Below, in pieces: positions 37,301 to 52,400 of a DNA stretch of 64,000 nt. The DNA is from Lingula anatina (Eukaryota > Animalia > Brachiopoda). The translations under genes and the position numbers were made by a program. Position 1 is the first letter of the stretch, and every line of letters starts with the position of its first letter. The stretch covers positions 19,096,001 through 19,160,000 of the forward strand of contig CM120642.1 of NCBI GenBank assembly GCA_051362555.1, read 5' to 3'. Below the pieces are notes generated by a model, which had not been told where the DNA came from, did no database searches, and was given only the letters and a program-made list of their open reading frames with translations.

Positions 37301-40300
37301 AGTTGTTTTAAACTTAGGTAAAGATGGAATTTATTCATTGGAGGTAAAGCATGTCAGATGACATCTCTGACAGCAAAACTTCATTTAACTTGAAGAAGGT
37401 GATAAGGCAAAAATATGTTAGTCCAAGAATATGGTGCAGAAAAAGGGTGAATTATGCATTTTTACCTACAAGCATGAAATTTGGCACAGTTGTAGAGGAT
37501 TGATTTTTAAGCTATTTTAGATATATGGGCATGTCCAAAAATTCCAATATGGCTGCCAAATCCAATATGTCTGCCACAAATACTTCCTCAAATAAAAATT
37601 TCCAGTATATAGTCTTATAATGGTTTAAATATCATTTTATGGTTAAAAAATACCATGCTATAAATGAATCATCAATTTCAATATCTGCCTCTTTATGTTG
37701 ACTGCCATTTTAAATGTAAGCTCTAGTGTGAGATTCATTGATAATTCCATCTTTATCCCAAATTCTGAGAAGTGCAGTTACAAAGAAGCATGCCTAGTAC
37801 AGGAACCATCACCCACCACTACCTCATCCTCGGAGGAATCGGTCAGCAAGTCCTCCATACTGAGTGACCGCTGCAGGACGTTCTCAATGTCTGGGTCCTG
37901 AAGAAGGTCAAGGCTGATCCTCTTTGGGTCGTCTGGAAGAACCGAGTCGTCTGCCACCTGGTCGAGGGTTAGAACTCGATACTGCTTGGCCCTGGAGAAG
38001 GGCAGAGGAAGAAATAATATTATTTAAAAAGACACTTATGTGGCACCAAGTTATTAAATGTATTGAAAATGCCCAAACAAAGTAAGAACTTCCACCTTTA
38101 TAAAGACATTATATGTTAATTGTTAAGTTCCCCACTTAAATGTAAAGAGTCATTCAAGATGCAATATAACATGAGTTTCCCATCTTTTGCATGCAGAAAC
38201 AATTTGACCCAGACTAAAAGAAAATGCTGCTGAAATGAAAAAGGGCAGCTTTTTAACGATTCGCACAAAATTACTGGATGCTGAAAGAGAGAAGAGACAA
38301 CTTTAGGCATTTCACTTAAGAATCCTGCACCAAGGAAACAAAATAAAATCATGATGAACAGAATGTGTTGTTACCATATTTCCTAAATAAAACATATTGA
38401 TAACAACTAGACTTACCCTAGTACTTAGAATGAATTACAATCAAATTTAGTTGAGAATCCCACACCTCAACTTTTTGAGAAAATAAATTATTCTAATGCC
38501 AGTTTCAAAAATCAAAATGAACTAAAACAGGGACCCATATTTAAAATACCTTATCAACAAAATGATAAGAGTGATAGAAAAAAATTCCAAGAAAACGCAA
38601 ACTATGTTTATATTTATGAGACAGAACATCCCTAAGACCACTTAAAAACAGACTTTGCTAAAAAAAGGAAAAGTATGTTCAACTTATAAATCAATGACTT
38701 TCTTTACATAAAAACCAATACTCAACAGTTGCTACAATAACCACTAATTTTACCAGTCTTTATTCAATTTCAAAAGGAGCTCCAGTGACAAAACTATATC
38801 CTAGTGCTGAGTTAAGTCACCTTACCTAAATAACAACCATATAAAGTCTTAAAGTTAATACGTTTTATAGTGCTTTGACCAGTGAAAAAATCCCTGTTCA
38901 TGGTACTTCACATTAGTGCTTAATATGTTAGAACAGTGCACTTTTTAAAATTTAAAATCAAGATTGCAACAAGCTGTCTACTTAATATAAATGATGAATA
39001 TGATCCTGAGTTTAAGATATTGACCACCTGACATTTTCTGATTAAGTGTGGCTGGGTGTCTGTGTTACAATGTAATTAATACAATACCATGCAAACATGA
39101 TATTAAACATGCGCGTTATTTTATGGTAACGCAAAGGCAAGCATGAAGATGTCAATTGTCATTTGATTTCCCAACAAAAAGGACAAAAAAATACCAGAAA
39201 TGAAAAAAAATTAAATGAATAAATATTTATCAATGAAAATTCAAAGCTGGTTACTTGTGAAATTAAATCAAAGTTCATAGGTACAATTTCTATCAGAAGT
39301 TACAGCAAAGCTATCATAGAATTGTCAATCAAATTATTTATGATGCTGTCAAACAGATTCCGACTTCCAAAGTAACCGAGTGTGCCTAATTAGTAGGTCC
39401 TTCAATTAGTCACGATTGTAGACAAATAAATCACATTTTAGCACTACGCACCCCGTAAAATACATTCATTCCCACAAATAAATTAATAAATTAAGTAAAT
39501 AAGGTCATCCATGTGACCTCAACAACAGGGTAAGTTCATTCATCTACTTATAACTATAAAACCCCACTTTCTCTTTTTATACATATTTTTGATTTAAATT
39601 AATTAGGAATTGTTTCTAAGATATTGGTCCTTGAAGCAACAATTTTTAAAATAAACAATCTAAAAGTGTTTGCTTTGTAAGCAAAAAGGAAAATAATAAA
39701 ATAATTAAAAGAAAATATTTTTATATAAAGCGAATGAATACACTCTACAGGGTGCCGTAAGACGTTCAAGCAAATAAATTAAATCAAGTCCCAAATCAGT
39801 AATGAATTTTTAATAAATATATGTACCGCACCAAAAGTTGCATTTTGCGTTATCACCTGAGAAAGCGCAATCCTTTGTATCGCTGTGATGAGAGCAAATC
39901 AAGGTGCACATGATCTGATGAGTCATCATCGCTGTCTGACATTTGGAACGAAACAGGACTGGAAGGAAGGATAGATGCAGAGCGGGAAGGAAGTTAGACA
40001 AACGACAAACAACAATGCCAAACCATTAGAACAAAACACACTGAAATATTTGCTGCCTACAGAATTATATTACGATTTCTTTATTCCTTTCTATTCGTTA
40101 TTCCGTTACTCGATGCTACAGTTACTCAATCATTCAATTACTTTGCTTCATAGTGTACTCAACAACATTGAATTCAAAAAATCATTTCAATTAAATGTGT
40201 CATATAAATATGTCTGATAAATCAATAAATATTAGCCAGGTATTGGTTAATTTGAATCTAAAAAGTTTCTCACAGAATCCCCATACTAAAAAAATTCTGC

Positions 40301-43300
40301 TGGAATTGTTTTCAATTTTTCAAATTGAATTGAAGACAAACTTTCACTTTTTTTTTTTTTTTACATATTTGGCAAATGATTTGACAATATACCGTCCTAC
40401 GTAGGTTATACATCAAGAGTTTCCACAAAAAAAGCAACATTCAGCACAGAACATCTACTTTAGGAAAAGAGGGGAAAAAAGCATTCCAGTTTTTGACTCC
40501 ATATCATTAACTAATTCCTTATGCACAAAATAAAATCCCCACAAGACAAGAGGCATTTATCCAAGAAACATACCTGTGGTGAAATGCTTTAAAGTTTATT
40601 GATTTTTTTATTTAAACAATTTTAATCATATCATTTTAGTATTACATTTCTAATCTATAAGAGAGAACAAATCATTGTCATTATAGGTAAATATTATTAT
40701 TATAATTATAGTAATAAGATTCAAGCCAAGTCTGAATATTGCAAGGTAAAATAGGAAATATGCCGCTGACAGTACAGAAAAAAAGTTAAGACTCAGTATC
40801 CAGGCAAAACATTTATCTTGATCTTAGGAATAACAGAGGGAAACCCAATCAATCAATTAATCATTGCCAATCAATAAAGAAACCAATCTTTGACTCCTTG
40901 ATTGTTTGCTGCAAGATGTAGCTCTGGTAGCTAAATTTATGGAAGTATGGATATGAAAAAAGCACGCCAGGCAAGGGCACAGAAGCATTGCAATTGCAAA
41001 CATTCGTAAATAGGATTAATTGCATTCAATTATGCTTTGCTGAATATGAAGCAGTTAACTAACAATATGATATTATATAACTGGAATTCCATAATCCAAT
41101 CATCAGAGATTGCCATTCGATATTGTCATCTTTGAAAAAGCAAATGTGGCAAATGCTCAAGCATCATTAATAGCTAAGAAGTCCTCAAGCTTCAATTTCA
41201 AACCAATCACCTTTAATGCTCATCCACAACAGAAATATCCTGCTGATTAGTCAAAGGATTTTGAAGGACAATGTCTAGTTTTTGAAGAACAAGGTGAACT
41301 CAAAGGCGAACAATATTTCAAAATTTGTGAAGAATGTCACTCTTGCAAGTGCTTTTCTTGTTTTTGTCCAAGTAAATTGGTATGTAAACATATAATTTGT
41401 TGTCACAGCCATAGCCCATTAAAAAAATTATTCAATTTTCATTTAAATGCACTGTGAACATTTTCAATGAACTTTCACATTAAACAATATGAAAGCATTT
41501 TTCTCTCTCATAAAAATTAAAATTGTGTCGCCTATTTTTCAAATTACTAGACATTGCCTGCATTTTAAATTTGATTATCTTGACCTACTTTTCATAACTT
41601 GATCTCCGTCTTAATGCTGTTCTACCAGAGAGAGGCTTGGACAGCATGTTATCTGACAAACTAGGGGGTGGGGGTCTTGGAGGCTAAAGAATCAAACAAA
41701 CAGATATTATCAAGGTATCGACTTAGGTTAATTTAAATTTTAATTAAATTTAATTTTAATTTAATTAGTTTAATTTTAATTAAAACACAGACGTAAAAAT
41801 TGGAAGTCAAAAACAGAAAATAAAAAGCTAAAAGCTGTTCCTTTAATTTATTGTATTCTTCACTTTTTAATGCTTTATAATCATTTTTTAAATTGATGGT
41901 ATAACTGTCATTTCACGACAAACAATGCACAATATATCACAATGACAAATATAGCTGCACCAAAATCAGTTTCTGATGATGGCTGTCAACTTGACAGACT
42001 CTCGGACTCTACTTACCCTTTCTGTTCTTAACTCAGTGGATGGTATTATTGCTGGCTTGGTCTGGGTGTCATCCTACAATAAGAAGATACTATGTATCTA
42101 TCATATGACAGACAGACAGACAGACAGACGGACAGAACTGGGAGAGGGCTCAAAAGGACTTGGAGCTTCATGTTACTTATCAACTGACAATCATTTTGCT
42201 GGAAAAATACTATTTTCAATTTCTGATATTATTTTACCTTTCAAAAATAAACACCATTAAAAGGGTTCCTACACATCCATGTGTTTTCTTTGTTACATAA
42301 ATCTTAAAAACTGTGAATGTAATACAACGTGCAAAATTCAAAATTTGCTACCTTTCTGAAGTCTTCTATCCTGTTCCTAAGATCCTTGTAGGCCTTTTTG
42401 CTTTGAACCTTCACCTGTTGAATGTATAAAATACTGTTAACGGATGTGAACATGAAATATTTACTGAAAACAGTAAGTTTCAAAAATCATTTATTAATGT
42501 CATAGGCGTTTGTAACTGTAACAGTATAAAAAACATAGCCTTTATAATTGCAATTTTATTTATGCAGTGTCAGTCTTATAGTCTTTTCTTTTCATAAATA
42601 TTCTTCTAAGCAATAAAAGTGAATCCAAACATGGCTTTAAGTGATGTTAAATATTATAAATATGTTCAGAAGATAGGATTCAGGCAAGACTTCTGAAACT
42701 GTATAAAAATTGGTACTCCCTTTGACACATAGAACCATCACCAGTAATATCAAAGACTGGTTACCTAGCATATTACTGGCATGTTAAATCATATAATATT
42801 AAATAATTATATATTTTACTTTAAGCCTGGACATAGATTATAACCTATAATAGGCATAGTCTACTGGTATGTATAAAATAATATAGAGCATATTATAAAA
42901 TTCTACTTTTGCAGACATGCTGAAATTGTCAGTCCTATCGGACATGACCAATAAAAAAGTTTAAAGACCTGCAATTATTTCAAGCACTGGCATTTTTAAT
43001 TTAGGGTTGATTAGGTAAAAGTCCTCTAGTTTGGCAAATTTTTCATAACTGCCAGTAAAAACGTCTGACAGTTTTGAAAAGTTTTCAGCACGTCTATTGC
43101 TTTCTAAGATAGGTTTCTACAGAAGCAAAACTATCTGAAGTACATTTGGCCAAACTTGTGGTCAATACCATTTTACAATACAGTCCGCCCAGATGACCAA
43201 CCAGTCCAAGACAATTATCTACTTTATTTGGCAGAATTTTTTTAATAAACTGGTCATATCAGATAGGTATACATGTTAGCAGTTCTTTCATTTTTTTTTT

Positions 43301-46300
43301 TTTTTTTTTTTTTTTTATTCAGCTTTCCACTGTCTCATTTGATGTAATGTAATCAAGTGAAGCACTAAAATTTTAAGTCATGTACACATTTCATCTCCAC
43401 TTTAGTAATTATTTTGATTTAGACTTTAAAGTTCACCAAGATCAACTTGTCCAAAGGTGCCCTGGACTGAGAAGTTGAAGAAACAGACAGTTAAGGCAAC
43501 TAACATATAATCAAATCATGTCTTTAGACTATTTTGGCAGTGTTAAACAGCAGGTCAGTGTCACTAGAGCAGTAGCAATAATATATTAAGCAGTATGCTG
43601 TTTTCCAGTGAGACCTCACAGTCAACCTAAAAATGATTGTAACATTCAGTGCTGATCCATAAGTCAAAGTGACTTTCTCCGGTGTGATAAAGCAATCAAT
43701 TCAAACCTGATTGTATCAATAATCGGTGCTAAATACCACCTGCAAATATCTGCTGAAATTATGGCATTTTATCCAATCGACTGTTCTTTATCAAATGACA
43801 TCAATTGGATCTCTCTCTGACTAATTAAAGTGTAAATCAACCTTATATCCATCAAAAAAGCTATCATGCATTACTTCTAACATTTTTTTCCATAACAAAG
43901 GCATTTTTTATTTACTCACAATCAAATTTTGATGAACTGTCAGTCATTAGCATATATGAGCAAATAAAAGCATGTCTGATTCTGAACCAACACCACACTT
44001 TGCAACTATTTAAAGAAATCATAGCATACTTTAACCACACTAAATATAATTATTATGCCACAGCATATACTGTTAACTTCTTATGTACCACACTGTATGA
44101 GTTTCTTATACCACAGTATATTTAGCTATTATAACACATGCAGTATAATGAGTTCTTAAACCACAGTATATAGAGTTCTTATACCACAGTATACAGTGAA
44201 AGCAAGCTGCGACACTTACACTGCTGAAAGCATTTCTGACCAGAGGATTAGCCTGAAGGAATACAGTCAAGGTGATCACAGAAAAAGAGGACAAATGCAA
44301 CATTTAAACACTGAAGGATTGTCAGATGACCACTCAGATCTTGTTGACCAGTGGACTGTTTATTAATCTCCAAAAGGGGTAAATTTGACTGAATGTTTAA
44401 GAAATGTCAATACACACTTATTGAGGATAAATGATGTTGACTTTGGTATTTTGGAAAATTTGGAAAATTTCTAAAGGTCAGAGATAAGCTTTACTTCCAA
44501 ATCAGGAAAAGGGAATAATAATAGAAATCAATAATTGAAACAGACAGGCAGAGAAAGCAACTTTTGTAGAAAATACAATCAAAAGTCAAAGCCAACTGGT
44601 CATCAAAAATACACAAAAGCTTTAAAAAAATTGAAAATTATAAAAACTACATCAAGCAAGGCTTGACATATATTATTCAATGGTTTTAACAAAGAGCTCA
44701 TTCACATGCTATAAGCAACAATTTATTGTAGAAATTAAAAAAACAAACAAAAGAACCTGAAAAGTTTTACCTTGCTAGTAAAAACTGTCCACCTGTCCTT
44801 GCCTTCTCGTTTTATTTTCTTCCCTTGTTTCTATTAAATGAATTTAAATTCATAATTCATAAACAATCACATTCAAATTGATATACTACTAGTATATACA
44901 AATGAAAAAGAAAAAAATATATATTTTAATTAATTCAAACAATATTTCAGTTTTTACATACTGCAGAAAGATTTTCCAAGTTGAAATTTGGATCTTACAT
45001 CAGCAGAAAATGTTGTTCAATCAAATTATAGAGAAAGAGATCAACTGAATTGACAAAAAAAAAAACATTTTTCCCCCAAGCTTCTATTTTAATGATAAAT
45101 TTTGCTTCAGTACAGCAGCCCAGACCTTGATTTGCTCAAAACTGAACTCAGTGGTGATATACAGCCCATACCTTCATATTTCCCAGCCATTCTTTGTACC
45201 TATGTAAAGAACTGGCAGCATTCCTGTCCGCCCACATATTGGTCTCCTGTTCAAACTCATCGCTGAATCCTTCTCCGCCATTCAGCAAATCCAGCCTCTC
45301 ATTGATAAACTGGAATAAAAAATCACATTAACAACTTTGAGTTACTGTGTCAAAAATGGACCCCATTTTCTAACACAGTAACCTTAATGGGTTAAAATTG
45401 TTTCAACTTGGCACCAAAATGATCCAGAATATGTACACCTTACAGCAAAAGAAACCTTGTGACCAAGTACTTGATTTCTTGATACAGCATTTACAAGACC
45501 TAAATATGGTAAGTAACAGTTGTATTTAACACAAAATAATTTTCACATTGAAAAAAGGCAAATATTAAAAAATACAACAAATATCATATCAAATCCTTAC
45601 CTGCTGGAAAATCTGAAGCTGAAGCATTTTTTCCAGGAATGGCTGCATGCTTTGAGACCTTGACTGGACAAAAGCATCTGGGTCAAAGGTTATCTGCTCG
45701 CCCTGCCTAAACTTCAGGGCGTCTCTGTAATTACCTGAGAGGGTAAAACATAATACATTATATACTGACAAAAATCTATGTTACTTTTCGCAATCAACAG
45801 TATTAACTCTAGCTGTGTGCACTCAAAGATTATCTGAATTGTGACAGTGTCAGAATTGAATTTGGGGAATCCCAAGAGAAAGTACATGCAAGGTACAAAA
45901 TGCTTTCCTTTCACAAAATAAACACACCATTGGGTTAAGGATTTGAGATTTTTGAGATAATCTATTATTATTAACTATCAAAGTTGTAGATGATATTTGA
46001 CCTGTTTAACAAAAGAACATCAAAAATGGGTGTAAAATTTTAGAACAAATTTCAATCTCAAATTGGTTATAGTAATATTAAATGAAATATGTGCCCGTTT
46101 TATATCGAGAAAAACATCTAATGTTACAGCCCTAGGATCACTTTATTCCGGGGGACTTAAGTAATTACAGATTGCACTTGAACTAAAGTAGGCCAAATGT
46201 TTGCTTAAAATATTTTGGCTAAAGTTTATTTGTAAACCTAGCTCCTGGTACTTACCTATTAGTCCTACTAAAGCCTTGAGGAATGCCCTGGCCACTCCGT

Positions 46301-46666
46301 CACCTGTGATCATATGGTTCTTGAGTTTGTCAGCCTGCTGACTTCGTAATCTCTTCTTCAGGGAGGATACCTGGAAAATAAGTTTCAGAAGAATTTATTT
46401 GCAAAGAATGATTATGCCTTACACATTAATGCTAACATATTGTCAGCTGTTATTAGAAATGTACAATTACATTTTTCTTACTGCAAACATATCTTGAGTA
46501 TCTTTATGTGATCTTTCAAAAAAAAAAAAAAAAAAAAAAGTATCAGAATTTCTTCCAAATACTATGAGAAACTTTGCATAATTCTCATATCTTTCCTTAT
46601 TACAACACCCTATAAATTAAAAATTAACTGAAAATTATATTTGAAAAAAAAAAAAAGGAAATTATG

Positions 46667-46748
<82 letters not shown>

Positions 46749-49700
46749 ATATTATTTACAATTTCAGGTGGCAGTGTGGCGATGTCATCATGTTCTGTCT
46801 CTATGGTATTCTTGTCAGCGTCCAGCACTACTGCATCTCCAAGCTCCATCTTACGGGCTTTCTGTAAACACAAAACAAAATCATTTCATTTGAAATCAGT
46901 ACCTCTAAAAACAATATGACTTTTACGTTGAAACTCAAATCAAAATGATGATAATGGCATCTTATATGTAATAAATGAAGTCACAGAGAGAGATTCAAAA
47001 GATTCTTTCTTTTTTAAGTAAAACTATTTCATAACACTCAGCTCATAACTTTTTTCACTTATGGATTGGAAACATAAGTGATGAATAACAAAAGTCTTTC
47101 ACAAGAACAGAAAGAAAGGCAGTCAGATAAAAGTGTTAGAATGATTTCACCTACCTCCATCAGAGAAGCATGGATTCCTATTAAATATGGCATGGGAGCA
47201 CTGTAGAGAAAAAAACAGGAAAAATAGTATAAAATATTAATATTTAATGTACACTGGCAAACAACAACATACTGAGGTTATGGATAGACATTAAATATTC
47301 CAGCATGTATTTCAATAGTCATGAATAACTTGGTTCAATTTTATAAACTATTGTAAACTTCCTACTACAACAGCAGCCTTGTTTTGGTTGACATTTAAAT
47401 GGTTGAATTAGAACTTGTTTCAGGTATATGAGATTATCTAGTACAGTAAAATCATATGTTACCTGACATAGTCCAACAAATGCTCAGGTAATACTGGAAT
47501 GTAGAGGTGTTGCCTACAAGTAAACAAGACCTTTTTATTGAAGACAAAATAATCACAATTGTGTGTAGAAGTATCAGATGCATTACTTCTTATCATTATC
47601 ATTTTGATGAACATGTCACATAATTAATCTATGGTGAGAAGATATAGTTCATTTCCTATGCACTATGACTAGCAGGGAATATCCAACCATATGCATCTCT
47701 TCCCCTCTCCCCTCCTGATCTGTAGTAAACAATATCCTGACAAAAAGATTATCTTTAATTACAAAAATTATTACTGTTACCGTGATAATAATAATTATTA
47801 TTATCAGTATAATTCTCAGTCAATATCTAAATGTACATTGAATGTAAATTATAATAATAATTATTACTATTATCATTATAATTTTCAGTTCTTTCAGAAA
47901 CTGATGAAAAGTTTGTGTATTGTATATGGTCATATATAACCACATGATACTGAAATATCTGAAAATAATACAAGACATCAGCCCTGTTCTCATAGTCTTA
48001 ACTTACCAATGCATTGGATAAATAAGTGAAGCACACCCATGCACACAGGCCGTCAGACGGCTTAGCTTATTGGACGTAATCAGAATTCTTCTTTCGTAAA
48101 GCATACTGAAAAACAACAAAATATATCAGAAAAAGACATGCTGAAACTGTTGGTTCTATGAGTCATGACAAATAATATTACAAGCCCTGTTAGAAAACTG
48201 CGTTCAGCCACTCCAAAGAAGCAGCAATAATTTTAAAGGTACATACGAACCGAGCATCAGTGGAGCGTGGATTCCCAGTAACACATGTAAACCACTTCTA
48301 TTAGACTCTTATATGACTCAAATAAATTCGACATGCCAAGGGATAAACTGAATAGATCACTCGATCAGCCATAAAAGACCTTTAGACTGCTCCTTTCTTT
48401 AAATTTTTGGTTGTAAATTTAACCCACTTTTGTGACCTACTCTCCTGCCCCATTGACATACAGCTTAGAATGCTAGCAGAAAAATCCCTTCAAACATCAT
48501 TTAGGGTAAAATTAAACAATGCCTTTTGGTAATTCTCTTAGTTATACTACTTGAAACTATATGCTGGGATTTGGTTGGTTTTTGTGACAAAAAATTGACT
48601 TTGTATGCATCTTTAAGAGATGCCATTTTGGATTTACAATTCGTCCCATAAATATACTTTGGTTTGGCCAATTTTTCATAACTGCCAGTTGTTTTTAGTT
48701 TGAAAAGTTTTCTGTTTGTCTGTTAAAATCATGAATCAGCTCATAATACCGTAAATATTAAGTTTAGAGATCAATATGACAAAACCTTTATGAAAAGTAA
48801 GAAAAAAATAATCATCGAGAGAGTTTTCTTACTTGGCAAATATAACCATCATATTTGTAGGATCCACTGCATTGTAATATTCTGTAAGATTCCTCTGAAA
48901 ACAAACAAAAGCAATCAATGTAAGTAATCATTTAAAAAAAAAGTTTATTTTTTTAATTACTTTATTTGTTACAATGAAAGGTATTCTATAAGAACTGAGG
49001 ATGTCTATATTTATACGTTTAACCCCAACAACAAAAAGGCCTAGATATTACAATAAAGTTTAACTCTTTCAAACAATATAAAATATTATAAAAAATAGAA
49101 ATAAAAACTTACATTCTGAGGAATGGTTGGCAACCGGTTGATGTTAGGACTTTCAAAAATAAACTCCTGAAATGAAAAATGAATATCAACAAGTTAAGCA
49201 CACAATCATATTACTTTTATTTTTATTCATCAAAAACATTATAACCTATGCCTGTCTAATATCACTTATGTGCAGTAAACACATCCTGACGAAAAGGATT
49301 TTACAAAAATAAGTACAGTAATAACAATGTTTTTATCATTATAATTCTCAGTTAATATCTAAATGTGCACTTAATATACATATTAATCATTGTTATTACC
49401 AATTCAGAAATTGATAAAAGTATGTGTATTGTATATGGTCATACATAACCATATGATACTGAAATATTTAACAAATAATACAAGAAATCAGCATTGATCT
49501 CACAGCTGAGGGTTTCTACGAAAACAGCATTATTTTACTTCAACTGGAACTTAACTCGAGTAAAGAAATCAGGATACCATACTCACATGTTTATAGTCAT
49601 GGTCCTTTGACACAGCGATGATGCTATCCCCTGGTTTTTCAGGGGGCTGGTGCTCATGGAGAGCTTGAAGCAACGGAACAATATTGTTGTCCTGGTCCTT

Positions 49701-51959
49701 ATTCAAAATATCTGCTAGGAGGTTCAATAATTTATAGAAAATCTCATACCAGGGCAGGAAACTGTAAAAGATTACATGAGTTTTCTGATAAACAAAAAAT
49801 TTGTGTAATATTCTTGGTTATTTCTAATCAACAACTATTTACAAGACTTTCTATTGTTACAATAATTTTTAGACACTACAGTATTTATACAACAAATAAT
49901 ACTTTAAAAGCTTCTTATATAACAGAAAAGAGAAATAATATCCACATCTGTATTCACATTAGTATATGCATTAGTATCCATGCTTGTATCTGCATTCATA
50001 TCCACATTAGAAACCTATGTTTGTATCCACACTTAAGTACCAACCTTATTATACAAAGACAAGTTTGTGACCCGGCAGCGTGTCGACAGAAACCAAAGCG
50101 ATATTTGCTCTCGATGTCCGTGAATACAAAAGTAAAGTGATCTACCGCATGACTGAAATTGAAACAAATAATTAATTTCAAATTGTAATTATTCATTGTA
50201 TGTTAATTGGTTTTTATGAAATGTATGTGTATTCATTCAGGTAGTTAACGCCACTGATCATTAAGATAACATTAAGCTCAGCATTTTGCTGCAGATGCTG
50301 AAAACAGTCCCATAGCAAATGCTGAATTATGCTGGGACATTAAAACTGAATAAATTTCTTAAGTCATCAGTCATGGTATATGTGCACTTAGGGTCAGTAG
50401 GTTTTATCCCTGTTGTCCCAGGGTCATTGGCTATAAAGCTTGTGGTACAGACTACCTGTGTTACAATCAATTATTTAAGAGAAGACCAAACATATCATAA
50501 ACAAAAGGATAGCACAGCCTTGGTCTCTGTTAGACTTAGTCATAATTTCTACATTAAAAGTGCCACTTAATGGACACAGCTTATTGGATACATCAAATAA
50601 GTAGTATTAGAAACTTTAGCATACTTGACTGAGTTCTCCAAAAACCTACCTCTCAAAGTTACACGGGAAAGCAAACTTTGGGATGGACTGCAAAACTTCC
50701 TGTGAAATATCAGAATTGCACAAAAAAATTGCACAATTTATTATTAGCAGTGCAAAAATAAAACAAACACATTAAAAACTGAAAAGAAAGACATAATCAA
50801 GCAACACACTGCTACTTGAATGAAATCTAATTAAAGAGTCAATTTCCAGACTAACATTTTGACTTTTAAAAATCAATTAATATAGTAATTCATATTAGAC
50901 AATTTATATAGTAAGATATGAAACACTGACCTCATCTTCATAATTTTCAGGGTAAGTCTGAAGGACGAAAGGGGCTGTAAAAAAAGTTTTAACTATAATA
51001 ACAAGTAGACTACTGACAATGGAATAACCATCAAGTAGGATATTGTGTAATCTTTCAAACCTAGGCATCATTTATAGATTTATGTCAATTTTCCAAGGAG
51101 TTCACATGGTCAAAGTGATTGCTATACTTTATCAGTCAATTCAATTAATTCAATAAATATTTGATTAACTTGCTTTTGAAGTTTGTGAACAATTTTAGCA
51201 TATGACAACAGTTATGTCTTAGGTGACTCAAATCTGTCTTTTGTTTCAAATGCACTGCAAGAGTTGACTTAATACATAGCATTGGAAACACAATGTCACA
51301 TAAGCAATGTGCAATACAAACCTTTGCTTGATTCATTTGGTCTTGCAATTTCTGCAAAAACTTCAAATATTTTGTCAGGGTTCTCTCTAAAATGGAAAAT
51401 AATGCAACAATGTGAACTGCCATTTTAAACGGAGAAGCACGTGAGAAAATTTAAGCATTTTATTTCCTTATCCTAATTCTGATATATATTGGATAGTCCA
51501 TAAAAAGCTTTTAGGTCTTAAAACATATACTTAAAGGCATTAGTACACACCCCTATTTAGAGAAGTACTTCCCAACTGTGAGACGGGTGTTGAGATTTTA
51601 TCAATATCATGCATATTAAACTATCATCACATCACTTTCAATATCATTATATTGGCTTCTTCTAGCGACAAAGCTGCTGCGAGTTTGGGGGCAGAGTTAC
51701 AGTAATGAATATTATACACGCTATTGCAGAATACATCTAAATGAGGAGCCACTGAGCAAGGCAATAACCGTTAAACTGCTCGCCTTATCTCACCACTAAC
51801 TGAGTACAATCTGAGAAAGCGGCATGAAACCTGGGCGGACGAAAAAAGGTGGAGCCCAACATTCCATGATAAATAAATTAAGAAGTGAACAATTTTTGCA
51901 AAACTAGATGGATTCACATATTCATACGCACTACAGACTTACCTCAGACGAGAGCCCAT
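34307..51959 (-). CDS. DENND1A: DENN domain-containing protein 1 (connecdenn, Rab35 GEF), about 1215 aa
   Basis: Exons: 51959-51943, 51386-51322, 50974-50931, 50699-50650, 50152-50045, 49761-49587, 49166-49113, 48894-48833, 48105-48007, 47513-47463, 47200-47155, 46861-46760, 46370-46256, 45734-45601, 45309-45172, 44830-44771, 44252-44220, 42414-42352, 42073-42017, 41683-41589, (39958-39857 optional), 37991-37823, 36115-34307 (TGA). Motifs: [86 protein letters not shown], and terminal WEKFD (WxxF-acidic AP-2 motif). Likely co-ortholog of vertebrate DENND1A/B/C. Confidence 0.92.
46667..46746. repeat. (CA)n microsatellite, about 40 units, just inside a DENND1 donor site
   Basis: Seen directly. 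Confidence 0.95.
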
Positions 51960-52400
51960 CTTCTCAATGTGTATAGATCTTGCGCTAATTAGCCAGAGCC
52001 ATCTGATTAATGACGCATCCCCATTTCCTCAGGGTTCGGCCATCTTGACTATTGACCTCTCACTCTGACGAGGTCATATCAAATCAACGCATCTTTAGCA
52101 AATATACATTTCAATACGCACTCCCTGGTATATTTTTGCCATAAAACTAATAAATAAAAGTATATATATGTTCATTTGTCACAAATGATTATTTATTAGT
52201 ACCTTGTCATGATAATAACCTTGACCTTACCGATATTTCCGTACTTCGAATAGAAAAGAGCACACCTGTAGCAGTCGCTAGTATTTTTAGTTTACGTTTT
52301 TTCAGCGATGTTTTAAAGGTGACGTTTTGGATCACTGGGCATATAGGTCTGACGCAGCAGAGGTCCCGGGGACTTGAACTGTAACTGAGTGCTACCTGCG
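51960..52400. promoter_or_regulatory. Bidirectional promoter / 5' UTRs of DENND1 and the C1orf53 homolog
   Basis: Divergent ATGs at 51959 (-) and 52401 (+), about 440 bp apart. CpG-enriched. YY1-like AAGATGGCC on the minus strand at 52038-52046. Confidence 0.7.

Noticed and set aside
37430-37720. Fragment with CCAATATGGCTGCC repeats resembling a DNA transposon interior
   Set aside because: No boundaries, TIRs or TSD identifiable.
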